Shown here piece after piece: positions 54,858-64,000 of a stretch of DNA of 64,000 nucleotides. The first letter of the stretch is position 1. Each line of letters starts with the position of its first letter. The position numbers and the translations under genes are program-made. Under the pieces are notes generated by a model that had not been told where the DNA came from, did not search any database, and saw only the letters and a program-made list of their open reading frames with translations. Source of the stretch: a virus (Duplodnaviria > Caudoviricetes); the IMG/VR virus record IMGVR_UViG_3300033064_001044, positions 1,428 to 65,427 of that record; one strand, given 5' to 3'.

Positions 54858-57628
54858 TATCCTCTACCAATCGTGTGTAGTGTCATGGTTTTTTCTAGTT
54901 CTCGTTTTACAACAGATACTAATTTCATGGCTTCTGCTTCGCTTGTTCCGCTAAAAGAAGCATTGATTGTGATTTGTGGGGCTGAGATTTGTACTCCGCT
55001 ACCAGACATAGTTGCTCCAGTAGATGATGGAGAACCGCCTCCACTAAATCCTTTATAAGAGTTTTGTCCAGTTTTTCCACTCACCCATGCAGAGTTGCTA
55101 ATAGCACTAAGAATAGTAGAGGTATTTGCACCTCCTTTTAGAGCGTTAACAATTGCACTATACCCACGAGCCTCAGCATTGTTTCCTGTTAAAGTATTTA
55201 CTGTTGCTGCAATTCCTTCATCCCAAGAGGGATAACGTCTTACTCCAACGCTATTCATTGACTCGTACTTTTTGTCTGGGTCATAAGTTGTATTAAGTGG
55301 GTTGTAACTTGCACTGTTTTCCCAGTGACCCCCTTCTCTACTTTGCCAAGTAGTAAGAGCATTGATATTTGTATCAGTTACAGGAGCACCCATAGCAGTA
55401 AGTAGTTGTGTAGCCCAACTTTTCTTGTCACCAGTTCCTTTTACAACTTTTGCAGTGCCACTAGAACTACCAGTACCAGTACCGTTATCTCCACCACCTA
55501 TTTGTCCAACAGATGCTTGCAAAATTGCAGTAGTGCTTGAAGAACCTAATAAATTTGAAAGTTTTACTTCGTTTGCTTTTACTCCAGAGATGTCAGATGT
55601 AAGTGGGCTAGAACCTAATCCACCATTTTGGATTATGGTTGAAAGGCTTTCTGCTAATGTTCCGCCATCTTTAGTTAACTCTGAAGGGTTAACTGGGTTG
55701 TTCTTACCTTTGCGAACTTCAAAGTGAAGGTGGGGACCAGTAACATTACCTGTATCACCAGAACGACCAATGACTTGTCCACGCTTTACATTTGCACCCA
55801 CCGCCACAGAAACTTCTGAAAGGTGACCATAAAGAGTTTGTAAACCATTGCCGTGGTCAATTTGTACAGTCTTACCGTATTGGTCGCCAGGGTTATCATT
55901 AAAGACAGTTCCATCCATAGCAGCAACAACTGGTGTTCCAATTGGACATGGGTAGTCATCACCTGTGTGACTTCCGCTTTGCCACATTTTTCCTTTTGCA
56001 CCGTAGGGAGTACCAACAGAGCCACCAGTAATAGGGGCTACTGCATTTGTACTTCCACTGCTTCCACCAAATGAAGCACCGAATCCTGGAGAACCACCAC
56101 CTGAACCACCGTAAGGATTTGCAACTGCACCTGCAGTACCTGCTGCTACACCCGCAAGACCTACATACGGGTTTCCAGTTGCTAATCCAGAAAGACCACC
56201 TTGTCCTGCATCATAAAGAAGGTTTGCAATATAACGAACTTCATCTGGAACATTTGCTTTGTTTAAAAACTTTTGCCCTTGCTCTAACCCCATATAGGTC
56301 ATTCCAGCAAGACCTGCTTTTCCAAAAAGACCTTTTACTCCGCCAAGTTTTGAAAAAAGACCCTTAGCACCAGCAAATATTCCTCCGCCTTTACCGCCCA
56401 TAAGACCCTTTAAACCACGAGCACCTAAGAACGCACCACCAGCAGTCATCAATCCTTGAAGAAGACCACCAGTAGCAATACCCATACCAGTTCCTGCACG
56501 AGATTCGCCAAGTCCTCCTAAGAAACCTGCTGCTCTTCCCGCAGAATCTGCCATTTTTTCTAATGCTGGGTTTACAGTATTAACAATTAAATCTGCTGCT
56601 TTTTCAAAGCCCTTTAAGAAAGGCTCTTCATATTTATTTAAGACAGAGGTATCAGAGGTTGTAATACGCATCTTGTCTTTAAGAGGGTTATCTCCATAAC
56701 CAAGTTTTGATAAATCGGTCTCTTTTCCACCTGCTTTATCTAACATAAATTGAGAGAACATACCTTTTTGGTCTTCGCTCATATTAAGGCTATTCATCAT
56801 AAAACCTAATTGACCTGCTTGAATACTAGTCATGGTGTCTTGGGCGTTCATCTCAGGACGACCAAAAGTTAAACGGCTATGTAGTTGTTCAAAGACTTGG
56901 TTTTGGTCACGCATCTGACCAGTCTTTGCATCATAGGTACTAATACCCATACCGTATAACTGAGCACTAAATCCGCCTTGTGTAAGACCTGACATAGCAA
57001 CGGCAGCATTCTCGTTAGCCATATTCATATAACGAGCAGCACCACCGATTTGTGCAACAGTAGCGTTGTACTGTGCACTTCCAGGCATGATTCCACGAGC
57101 AGCCAAAATTGCTGATGTAGTTGAAGGAGACAAGGTACTAGTTACACCACCAGCAAGACCGCCAAAAGTTGCCTCTCGAACTGCTTGACGTGACATTCCG
57201 CCAGAACGTAAAGAAGCACCGTAGTAGTTACCAGCACTTCCCATAACTTCTGCTGCACCAGGCACAGATGCAGCAATACCTGCAATAATTCCAAAGGTGG
57301 CTTGTGCTACACCTCGCCCAACACCAAGTGCTTTGCTGTCTTGATTGTTAGAGAACCGACCAATTACTGAGTTGGCTTCTTCATGATAAGCGCGATAACT
57401 ACTATCTCCACGCCCACTGAACTTGCCTTCCATGTGAGACATCTGGCTGGAAGCACCTGTGCCATTACCACGTGACCCACCAGCCATGAGGGCTTTAAGA
57501 GTGCCAAAGGCTTTTCCAACTTTGCCTGGAGTTTTATCAGTTTCTTTATTTATAGCACCAAGGTTTTTAAGGACTTCTTTTAGAAGGTCGTTAGTGGACT
57601 TTAACCCACTAGTAACGTCTTCTGCCAT
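54857..57628 (-). CDS. tape measure protein fused to M23 peptidase and a C-terminal lysozyme-like domain
   Basis: G/A-rich helical region; [19 protein letters not shown]; REGG..YNPLNTT. Confidence 0.85.
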   Translation of the reverse strand: MAEDVTSGLKSTNDLLKEVLKNLGAINKETDKTPGKVGKAFGTLKALMAGGSRGNGTGASSQMSHMEGKFSGRGDSSYRAYHEEANSVIGRFSNNQDSKALGVGRGVAQATFGIIAGIAASVPGAAEVMGSAGNYYGASLRSGGMSRQAVREATFGGLAGGVTSTLSPSTTSAILAARGIMPGSAQYNATVAQIGGAARYMNMANENAAVAMSGLTQGGFSAQLYGMGISTYDAKTGQMRDQNQVFEQLHSRLTFGRPEMNAQDTMTSIQAGQLGFMMNSLNMSEDQKGMFSQFMLDKAGGKETDLSKLGYGDNPLKDKMRITTSDTSVLNKYEEPFLKGFEKAADLIVNTVNPALEKMADSAGRAAGFLGGLGESRAGTGMGIATGGLLQGLMTAGGAFLGARGLKGLMGGKGGGIFAGAKGLFSKLGGVKGLFGKAGLAGMTYMGLEQGQKFLNKANVPDEVRYIANLLYDAGQGGLSGLATGNPYVGLAGVAAGTAGAVANPYGGSGGGSPGFGASFGGSSGSTNAVAPITGGSVGTPYGAKGKMWQSGSHTGDDYPCPIGTPVVAAMDGTVFNDNPGDQYGKTVQIDHGNGLQTLYGHLSEVSVAVGANVKRGQVIGRSGDTGNVTGPHLHFEVRKGKNNPVNPSELTKDGGTLAESLSTIIQNGGLGSSPLTSDISGVKANEVKLSNLLGSSSTTAILQASVGQIGGGDNGTGTGSSSGTAKVVKGTGDKKSWATQLLTAMGAPVTDTNINALTTWQSREGGHWENSASYNPLNTTYDPDKKYESMNSVGVRRYPSWDEGIAATVNTLTGNNAEARGYSAIVNALKGGANTSTILSAISNSAWVSGKTGQNSYKGFSGGGSPSSTGATMSGSGVQISAPQITINASFSGTSEAEAMKLVSVVKRELEKTMTLHTIGRG

Positions 57629-57637
57629 GGCAACTCC

Positions 57638-57787
57638 TTAATATCCTTGACTAGATAAATTTATCCAGTTTTTGCGTTCTCTAACTGAAAGTTCCTGAAC
57701 CTCACTTAAGGTCCAACCTGTATGTCTATCTGAGATGGCTAACCATTCGGCAACCAAATTAGAATAGTGCGTAGTGCTAGAAGCGAA
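57638..57787 (-). CDS. tail assembly chaperone C-terminal extension (+1 frame)
   Basis: ...AEWLAISDRHTGWTLSEVQELSVRERKNWI...; no RBS/ATG of its own; fills the gap to the tape measure gene. Confidence 0.7.
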   Translation of the reverse strand, partial: FASSTTHYSNLVAEWLAISDRHTGWTLSEVQELSVRERKNWINLSSQGY

Positions 57788-58586
57788 ACAAGTTACCTAA
57801 ATTAATAGGAACCGTTACCTCACTTTCACAATCTGGACACTGCACTTTGATGTCATCAAATAGAGGTCCAATATTGTTTTCGGTGATGGCTTCTGCAATC
57901 ATTTTGCGGTCATTAATTCCCAAGTTTTGTACTTGGACTTTGCTAATAACTGGGGAACCATTAATGCTTAGGACACAGTTTTCAAGGAGAATTGTCGTTA
58001 ACTCTGATACTGATTTATCTGAGTTATTAATAAGGTCCTTTTGAACGTGTCCTGTTGGAAGAGTTACTACAACTTCTCCAACTTTACAATCAACAGTAAA
58101 TCTACGAAGAGATTCATCAACTAATGGTCGCACCTTAATATCTTCGTCGATATTAACGTCTACCTCTTTAAAGGTATTGCACCCTGGGCATACGCCATTA
58201 ATAGTTGTTGTTGGTCCAAATGTGGCTCTGTAAATACCCAACATAAGTGCGTCACGGTCTCCTGAAAGAAGGCTGTTTAACATATCTTCTGTTGCTTTTA
58301 CATCACCAATTTTTACTGTGCCACGAGAAAGAATTGCAAGAAGAGCCTTACCCATGCTTGTCGAACGGGAAATTGCTTCTTCATCTTTACCGTTTAATTC
58401 ACGAACCTCTGCCTCCGTGATGACATCCCCAGCGGAATTTACATATCCGCCAGGGAGTGTCACTACGGTTTCAGAAGGAGGCACAATGGTTACTGGGCCT
58501 TGCTTCTGTTCTGTAGAAGCAAGGACCTCAGAAACCATTGAATTAACAAGGTCTGGGTTTTGTGCTGCGTTAACTGCTGTTGTCAT
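57777..58586 (-). CDS. tail assembly chaperone (T4 gp26-like, two CxxC)
   Basis: VRELNGKDE, GDRDAL, CPGC, CPDC; between tube and tape measure. Confidence 0.8.
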   Translation of the reverse strand: MTTAVNAAQNPDLVNSMVSEVLASTEQKQGPVTIVPPSETVVTLPGGYVNSAGDVITEAEVRELNGKDEEAISRSTSMGKALLAILSRGTVKIGDVKATEDMLNSLLSGDRDALMLGIYRATFGPTTTINGVCPGCNTFKEVDVNIDEDIKVRPLVDESLRRFTVDCKVGEVVVTLPTGHVQKDLINNSDKSVSELTTILLENCVLSINGSPVISKVQVQNLGINDRKMIAEAITENNIGPLFDDIKVQCPDCESEVTVPINLGNLFRF

Positions 58587-58607
58587 TTTGTATGCCTATT
58601 CTTTAGA

Positions 58608-59246
58608 TTAGTTTGAACCTGCTGTTTTGCTTACTGCTGCTGCTGCTTTGTACTCAATTGCTTTTGCTGACTCGAATACTCCAGTAGAACTAATACTAGA
58701 CCATTCAGCATCAAAGCCTTCGTGTACAAGAGTCATTTGCTCAACAAATAGTGAGTTGTCTCCTGCATTTAGGTCTGAGTATGCAATTGCTGTAGGCCAA
58801 GCGTTGTAAACATGGAAACGCATCGCCACATCTTCAATAACTTGGGTTGTTGGAACCGATGCAATTGGGTGAGGTAGAACTTGGATTTCAAGGTCACAGC
58901 GGAAGTTCTGATTAATAGTACGACCAGCACCGCCTTGGACAGTTGCGAACATGTTACGCATCCAATCCCATTGAGCACGTTTTCCAAGAACCACACCACG
59001 TTGTAGTGTGATTGGTTGGAAGGATGTCTGTCCTGGAATCTGGTGAACAGTGGTGTTGTATCCACCTTCACGGTAAGGAATTGAGTCTGTTGTAACCGCT
59101 AGTCCAGATACTGATGTAAACCCGATTGTGGTTTCTAGGGCTTTGAGGTTACTATCACCTGTTGATAGAGGTAGAAATGAAACTAGAAACCTAAAGTTTC
59201 TAACTGGGTCGGTCGCTAGTGACGAACGATTATTAATGATTGCCAT
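58608..59246 (-). CDS. tail tube protein (gp19-like)
   Basis: DPVRNFRF, YREGG, ITLQRG, YNAWP, LVHEG. Confidence 0.93.
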   Translation of the reverse strand: MAIINNRSSLATDPVRNFRFLVSFLPLSTGDSNLKALETTIGFTSVSGLAVTTDSIPYREGGYNTTVHQIPGQTSFQPITLQRGVVLGKRAQWDWMRNMFATVQGGAGRTINQNFRCDLEIQVLPHPIASVPTTQVIEDVAMRFHVYNAWPTAIAYSDLNAGDNSLFVEQMTLVHEGFDAEWSSISSTGVFESAKAIEYKAAAAVSKTAGSN

Positions 59247-59265
59247 TTATGTGCTTCCTTCTTTC

Positions 59266-60792
59266 TTAGGAGTTAACGGTCTTCTGAGACAAAGCAATGA
59301 CAATAAATTCGGCTGGGTATTGCAGAGCAACACCAACTTCAATATTGACTTGACCTTGAGCAATCAGATTGTCTGGGTTGTTTTCTGCATCACATTTGAT
59401 GAAGAAGGCTTGGTCTGGGCTATTACCGCGTAGACCACCTTGGTTGTAGTACTCGTTTAAGAAGGTACCTAATCCAGCATTAATACGTTGCCACAACTTT
59501 TCATCGTTATTCTCAAACAATGCAAACTGTGTTAAGTCATTAAGTTGTTTACGAATGTAGATTAATGAACGACGCATATTTACATACCTATTTGCTGTAC
59601 CGTCATTCTTCAATGTACGAGCACCCATTACTGAGATACCTGCACCTGGAAGTTGACGAATAGCATTTACTGGAGCAGAGGCACCATTAAGGCTATCTAG
59701 TTCTGCAGATGTAAATGCTTTTTCTAGACTAATAGCACCTTGAACAGTTGTTCCAATACCTGCTGGAGCCTTGAATGGACCAAAAGTTGCATCAGTATTC
59801 ATGTAGATACCAGCCATAGCACCTGCGGGTCCAATTAAACGAATTGAACTTGCAGAACGTCCGACTGGGTCGGTGATGTAATAGTTTGGATAATATACTG
59901 CTGAATGACTTGAGCCAGCCAAAGTAGTAGCAACAGTAAGTGCTTGAGCAACTGTTCTACCTGAGACTGTATCAGCAACCACGAAGTGGATACCCTTACC
60001 TGTTGCCCAACTGATTAACTCAATAGTGTGAGTTGAAGCATTTGTAGCAGTAATAGCATCTGCAAGTGCTGGCAAAAACACAACCAATGGTCGGTCAATG
60101 TTATCAAAAGCAGCAATTGTTCCAGATGTTGCACTTTGGAAATCAGTAAGAGCAACAGCACTTCCGTTGCTTCCTGTTGCTAACGGATAAACCGCAAGAG
60201 CAGGGGCATTAGCGTTGTCTGCAACTGTTACTGTGATGTATGTAGACACTGCGTTAATAACAGTTGTCATGTAGTCGCTAGAGGTTGTTGAGTTTAGTAC
60301 AACGTTCTCATAAGACTCAAGAAGTACGTCGTTGGTTACATCGCTTGATGTTCCTGCAACTCCTTCTTTATAAACAAGAACGTCATAGTAACCAGTACCT
60401 AAAGTTCCTGCCTGAAGTTTTACTCGTAGGTTGTTTCCGTCAGTTCCAACTGCTTTTGCAGTAAAGGTTACAACGGTTCCTGCTGCTAGAGAAGCACGAC
60501 CAACTATGGCTGCTGCTGCTGTTGCATCTGTTGCAACAACACGCTTTACGTAGAGGTCACGTCCACCGTTCTTAAAGAAGGCTCCTACCTGAAATGTTGC
60601 TGGGTAAAGAGCGTTATAGCCACCAAAATTCTTTGTAAATTCATACCAAGAACTTACTAAGGTTGTTGTGGTTGGACCGCTGGCAAATGTGCCAGAGACT
60701 GCACCCGCTGCATTAGCCGAAGCCGTTACTGCAACTGGAGCAGGAAGTACGCGTTCACTGATGTAAACGCCAGGACGATTATAAGTCGCCAT
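59266..60792 (-). CDS. contractile tail sheath protein
   Basis: RPGVYISE, FFKNGG, KAPAG, GARTL, RYVNMRR, FENND, PAEFI. Confidence 0.95.
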   Translation of the reverse strand: MATYNRPGVYISERVLPAPVAVTASANAAGAVSGTFASGPTTTTLVSSWYEFTKNFGGYNALYPATFQVGAFFKNGGRDLYVKRVVATDATAAAAIVGRASLAAGTVVTFTAKAVGTDGNNLRVKLQAGTLGTGYYDVLVYKEGVAGTSSDVTNDVLLESYENVVLNSTTSSDYMTTVINAVSTYITVTVADNANAPALAVYPLATGSNGSAVALTDFQSATSGTIAAFDNIDRPLVVFLPALADAITATNASTHTIELISWATGKGIHFVVADTVSGRTVAQALTVATTLAGSSHSAVYYPNYYITDPVGRSASSIRLIGPAGAMAGIYMNTDATFGPFKAPAGIGTTVQGAISLEKAFTSAELDSLNGASAPVNAIRQLPGAGISVMGARTLKNDGTANRYVNMRRSLIYIRKQLNDLTQFALFENNDEKLWQRINAGLGTFLNEYYNQGGLRGNSPDQAFFIKCDAENNPDNLIAQGQVNIEVGVALQYPAEFIVIALSQKTVNS

Positions 60793-60827
60793 TATTTTCT
60801 CCTATCGTAGGGTTGGGTTGCGCCATG

Positions 60828-61469
60828 TTATGCCGTAATGATTTCCCCTGGAGGTCCCACAAATCTTGTTCCCCTTAGTGGGGTCAAAGAAGGACTTGAG
60901 AGATGAATTGACTGCACCTTATATAGTTCTTTGTATAGTGTTTGTGCGATTTCACTTGAAATACGCACAGTTATTGCATTCATGAACAAACGTTTTGCTT
61001 GTTCAATCGTATCTCGTTTTGCAACGTCAAGTACATCTAGACGACGCACCGTTGTGTCGTCTGCTGGTATGACTGTTCCAAACCGAAAAGGTAGTCTTGT
61101 ATAAAGTAGTTGAGTTAAAATTTGACGGTCGTGACGTGGGTTACGGCTGTAGGTTGTAATTTGATAATCAATATTAATGGGTATAGGCATTTCAATTTCG
61201 TAGCCTCTGTTAGCACCTAGAGTTGGCTTTAGATAATCAATCTCAATGTAACCACGCATAGCACGGTCACGAGCCTCTGAAATATCAATCATGTCAATAG
61301 TTACGTATGGGTAAGACTGGTCTCTGATTTCTTGGTCAGGCATACCAAACCAAACACCAACAGGACGAGCAACACCCTCTTGGTCACCTCGCTGGTCGTT
61401 AACTGTCATACCTTTTAAAAGGTCACGTAATGCTTTATCTTCTGTTAAAAATAGAGGTCCTAAAGTCAT
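60828..61469 (-). CDS. tail terminator/completion protein
   Basis: YPYVTID...PINIDYQIT; directly upstream of the sheath. Confidence 0.65.
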   Translation of the reverse strand: MTLGPLFLTEDKALRDLLKGMTVNDQRGDQEGVARPVGVWFGMPDQEIRDQSYPYVTIDMIDISEARDRAMRGYIEIDYLKPTLGANRGYEIEMPIPINIDYQITTYSRNPRHDRQILTQLLYTRLPFRFGTVIPADDTTVRRLDVLDVAKRDTIEQAKRLFMNAITVRISSEIAQTLYKELYKVQSIHLSSPSLTPLRGTRFVGPPGEIITA

Positions 61470-61792
61470 TAGAACTTACCTCTTTTCAGTAGTGCACCTG
61501 CTACTTTTAACAGATGATTTTCTGCAGCACCAGTTCTATTCGAGTATCTATGAATAGCACGGGCAGGTTGACTAGAAGATGTTCCGTACTCTAAGTCTTT
61601 AACTTGCTTATCGTATTTTGCGGGGATAGAAACTTTAAATTGATTGTTGGAAAACTTAACGCTCAAAGCGTTAGCGACTTCTTCATCCCATCCACTAGCA
61701 ATGGCTTCAGAACGTAATTGAGCAGTCATGACCTTAGTGGTCTCTTTTGCTGCTTGGCTGAGTACTTTTGTGTAGTTAGAGTTATTTTTCAT
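61469..61792 (-). CDS. neck/tail completion-like protein
   Basis: LEYGT...PAR motif. Confidence 0.6.
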   Translation of the reverse strand: MKNNSNYTKVLSQAAKETTKVMTAQLRSEAIASGWDEEVANALSVKFSNNQFKVSIPAKYDKQVKDLEYGTSSSQPARAIHRYSNRTGAAENHLLKVAGALLKRGKF

Positions 61793-61964
61793 TTCGTGAC
61801 TTCTTAGATTTGAAAAGGAGGCCAGTACCTACATAACCTGCCAAAAGGCCGATTAAAAAACTGTGCTGACTATGGGGCTTAAACCCATACATTCCCTTAA
61901 CAAATTCGTCACGTTCTTGAGCAGATTGCATATCAGCAATCTGTTGCCACCAAGGTGTAGACAT
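61782..61964 (-). CDS. small membrane protein
   Basis: 60 aa, C-terminal TM. Confidence 0.65.
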   Translation of the reverse strand: MSTPWWQQIADMQSAQERDEFVKGMYGFKPHSQHSFLIGLLAGYVGTGLLFKSKKSRNEK

Positions 61965-62048
61965 AGAAAACCCCTAACAGGAGAAGCAAAGTAATCAGCA
62001 GGTAAAACGTTAAAAACCGCACGGCTCTTAACACAACGATAATAAATG

Positions 62049-62070
62049 AAAAAGCCCCCTTGCGGGGGCT
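62049..62070 (-). terminator. intrinsic terminator
   Basis: AGCCCCC-GCAA-GGGGGCT then TTTT on the - strand. Confidence 0.8.
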
Positions 62071-62076
62071 AAGTCA

Positions 62077-62205
62077 TTACTTCTTTTTAGGCTTGGGTTT
62101 GTCTTTTTTACTGCTGTCCTTTTTATCGAATTTTTTGTTTGCTGAAGCCAGGGTTTTCATGCCGTGCTTGTTCTTAGGCTGCATACAGCCACAGGTAGCA
62201 CACAT
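62077..62205 (-). CDS. Lys-rich micro-protein (42 aa, not in ORF track)
   Basis: MCATCGCMQPKNKHG...; TAATG overlap. Confidence 0.7.
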   Translation of the reverse strand: MCATCGCMQPKNKHGMKTLASANKKFDKKDSSKKDKPKPKKK

Positions 62206-62420
62206 TACTTCTTCTTCTTCCTTAGAGCAGCAAAGTCAGAGCCTTCTAGTTTGCCGTCTTTGTCTGTATCAAGTTTACTTTGTTTACCTTTTAAAGGTGA
62301 CTTTTTTCCCTTACATGACTTACAGGTACCGCAAGTACAAGCCTTTTTTGACTTAGACTTTGGGCCTTTGCCAAATCCTGGCTCGCCCTTCTTCTTACCA
62401 CATCCACATGCTGCACACAT
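62205..62420 (-). CDS. Cys/Lys-rich micro-protein with an EF-hand-like loop
   Basis: MCAACGC, CTCGTCKSC, DTDKDGKLEGSDF. Confidence 0.75.
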   Translation of the reverse strand: MCAACGCGKKKGEPGFGKGPKSKSKKACTCGTCKSCKGKKSPLKGKQSKLDTDKDGKLEGSDFAALRKKKK

Positions 62421-62422
62421 AG

Positions 62423-62560
62423 TTATTTACCTTTCTTAGGTTTAGCGATTTTTTTCTTACCTGAACCTTCAGGAACACAGTTTGGCACTTTTTTGCCGTT
62501 CTTGTTCTTGAATCCTACCTGAACATAACCGTCCCAACATGGGTCCGTATCTTTAGCCAT
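62423..62560 (-). CDS. micro-protein with CWDGY...VPNCVP motif (45 aa, not in ORF track)
   Basis: MAKDTDPCWDGYVQVGFKNKNGKKVPNCVP...; coupled ORF. Confidence 0.7.
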   Translation of the reverse strand: MAKDTDPCWDGYVQVGFKNKNGKKVPNCVPEGSGKKKIAKPKKGK

Positions 62561-63051
62561 TATAGTCCTTTCGAATGTCTACTAAGTTGTTCACCAATGT
62601 GGCTCATTGGGTCCGCCATCTTACCCTCTGGACACTCTTCTTCTTTATGCCAATGCACCTGTGAGTGACCGTCATCGTTTCGGAATATATGCCCTATTCT
62701 TTTAAAATCGCTGTGTTTAATTGTTTTATGAAAGAAGTAACCGCCAGCAGCATCCTGTACGTCTGAATACACTTTAGTGTTCTTAGGCTTGTTAATTTGG
62801 TAGATGTCCCCACCGTATTGCTTTGCATTTTCTGCCCAATCACGCCCAGGGTCGCCTTTTAAAGTGGGTTCATATAATTCTGGGTGCTCCTGCACATATA
62901 CGCCCATGTGTTCGTCTCCCCAACCAACTGGTTGCGAAGGTACTAAACCTCTTTTTTTAATGCTGTCGCGAGTTTCTCTATGGCTATTGTGAACAAAGGG
63001 TCCTTCGTGGCCTGATTCAAGTTCATCTAATGTGTATGGCTTCTTAGCCAT
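62560..63051 (-). CDS. ADP-ribosyltransferase-fold (Tpt1/KptA-like) protein
   Basis: FVHNS...SIKKRGLVP...GVYV...AKQYGG.IYQI. Confidence 0.55.
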   Translation of the reverse strand: MAKKPYTLDELESGHEGPFVHNSHRETRDSIKKRGLVPSQPVGWGDEHMGVYVQEHPELYEPTLKGDPGRDWAENAKQYGGDIYQINKPKNTKVYSDVQDAAGGYFFHKTIKHSDFKRIGHIFRNDDGHSQVHWHKEEECPEGKMADPMSHIGEQLSRHSKGL

Positions 63052-63311
63052 TATTTGCTCCTACTTGTATGTGGGTTTGCTTTATGCCATTTCTGCACAG
63101 CCTTAACGCCTTGCTGAACTGTCTTAGAGCCACCCATTTTGGTGAGGTTAATTTTGTCATATTTACCTTGGTTTGTGTTTGTGTGCTCAACTACAACATC
63201 ACCCTTTTTATTTTTTGTGACCTTGTGGGTAACGCTTTTCTTTTTTCCAGGAACGCCGATACCTAGACTAACTGGCTTCTCTGGCTTAACGACTTTCTTT
63301 TTCTCAGCCAT
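63051..63311 (-). CDS. small basic protein
   Basis: 86 aa, coupled ORF. Confidence 0.7.
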   Translation of the reverse strand: MAEKKKVVKPEKPVSLGIGVPGKKKSVTHKVTKNKKGDVVVEHTNTNQGKYDKINLTKMGGSKTVQQGVKAVQKWHKANPHTSRSK

Positions 63312-64000
63312 TAAGCAGGACCTAAAGTAGTAATCGTTCCTGATGAGCCTCGGTACTTGAGAGCACCAGCCTCAACATAAATGATTCCTCCGCCTGTTAA
63401 GTTGGCAGCAGGGGCTGTTCCATTTTGCATAAGAAGTCTATCTGCGTTGACGTACTGGAAGTAGTCAATAGAGCCAGTTGAGCCACCAGTTCCAGAGAGT
63501 GCCACCAAAGTTGAAGCAGGTTTATCAAAGACGCAGTTTATGATTGAGTAAAAGCCATTCAATACAACTGGGGCAACGTTATTTGACGCTGTGTGTACTA
63601 ACTGAGAGTTTGCTATGGTAAGAACGCTTCCAGCAGCAGATGTGACAGCGTTAGTTACCGCAGCAACTACTACCGTCTGTACTAGGCTTAAACTTCCAGC
63701 AGTTAAAACTGGGGCAACGGTAGTTCCGTTCTTAATAAGAACAGTTGCACTAGCGTGGTTAGTTGTTACAAAAGTTGTAGTACCACCATAAATATCAATT
63801 AGTCCGCTTCCAGTAATGTTGGCAGCACCGCAATCGGTAAAACGAATAAGGGTGTATAGACCAGTGCCACTCTTGGTAATAGTGCCAGAAACGTCGCAGT
63901 TAAGTAGGTATACATTTCCTGCACCATTAGCCGTGCTGGTAAAGTTTGTCATCTTTAGCCCTGAAACAGTACAGGCAGTACTTGTGCTTACAGTTCCAGA
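63311..64000 (-). CDS. beta-helix fibre/structural protein (5' end outside the window)
   Basis: Frame open to the window end; G/T/S/V-rich beta repeats; [15 protein letters not shown] tail. Confidence 0.7.
   Translation of the reverse strand, partial: SGTVSTSTACTVSGLKMTNFTSTANGAGNVYLLNCDVSGTITKSGTGLYTLIRFTDCGAANITGSGLIDIYGGTTTFVTTNHASATVLIKNGTTVAPVLTAGSLSLVQTVVVAAVTNAVTSAAGSVLTIANSQLVHTASNNVAPVVLNGFYSIINCVFDKPASTLVALSGTGGSTGSIDYFQYVNADRLLMQNGTAPAANLTGGGIIYVEAGALKYRGSSGTITTLGPA

Noticed and set aside
15986-63330. Many short shadow ORFs in the track overlapping long genes
   Set aside because: They are antisense or alternate-frame shadows of well-supported genes, lacking RBS and motifs. Only 25456..25644 was kept, tentatively.
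1-64000. CRISPR array, tRNA or rRNA genes
   Set aside because: No regularly spaced repeat-spacer units and no cloverleaf or rRNA-like sequence noticed. The repeated motifs are dispersed and the Cas4-like gene is a stand-alone exonuclease.
1-64000. Alternative genetic code or stop read-through
   Set aside because: Conserved genes are intact in the standard code and coding density is high.

Overview
This is 64 kb of a low-GC tailed phage with a contractile (myovirus-type) tail. WhiB and several small protein types typical of actinophages suggest an actinobacterial host; a low-GC freshwater lineage is an inference from composition only. There are two converging arms. The + strand arm (1-15.66 kb) opens with about 1 kb of AT-rich non-coding DNA and carries a MoxR/CbbQ-type AAA+ ATPase, a HExxH+VWA partner, many small proteins, an AlpA-like HTH, a tyrosine recombinase and a lytic transglycosylase. 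The - strand arm (64-15.66 kb) carries, in transcription order, tail and baseplate genes, a full replication/recombination block, SpoVS, a metallophosphoesterase, basic low-complexity proteins, an NTase/HAD-like/TGT-like trio and a class II ribonucleotide reductase. The strongest unexplained signals are: (1) the first ~14 kb appear free of seven 4-bp palindromes that are common later, as expected of first-entering DNA; (2) the same DNA is densely covered by a palindromic TTCTWWAGAA site and a strand-polarised TTCGGGATAGAAA element; (3) five unrelated early proteins downstream of the AAA+/VWA pair share a C-terminal [DE]xxLW tag; (4) a tail-region protein has a mirror-spaced 16-Cys insert; (5) the tail chaperone appears to use a UUU_CGC +1 frameshift. 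All motif counts were made by eye and family calls come from recognised motifs, not database searches.
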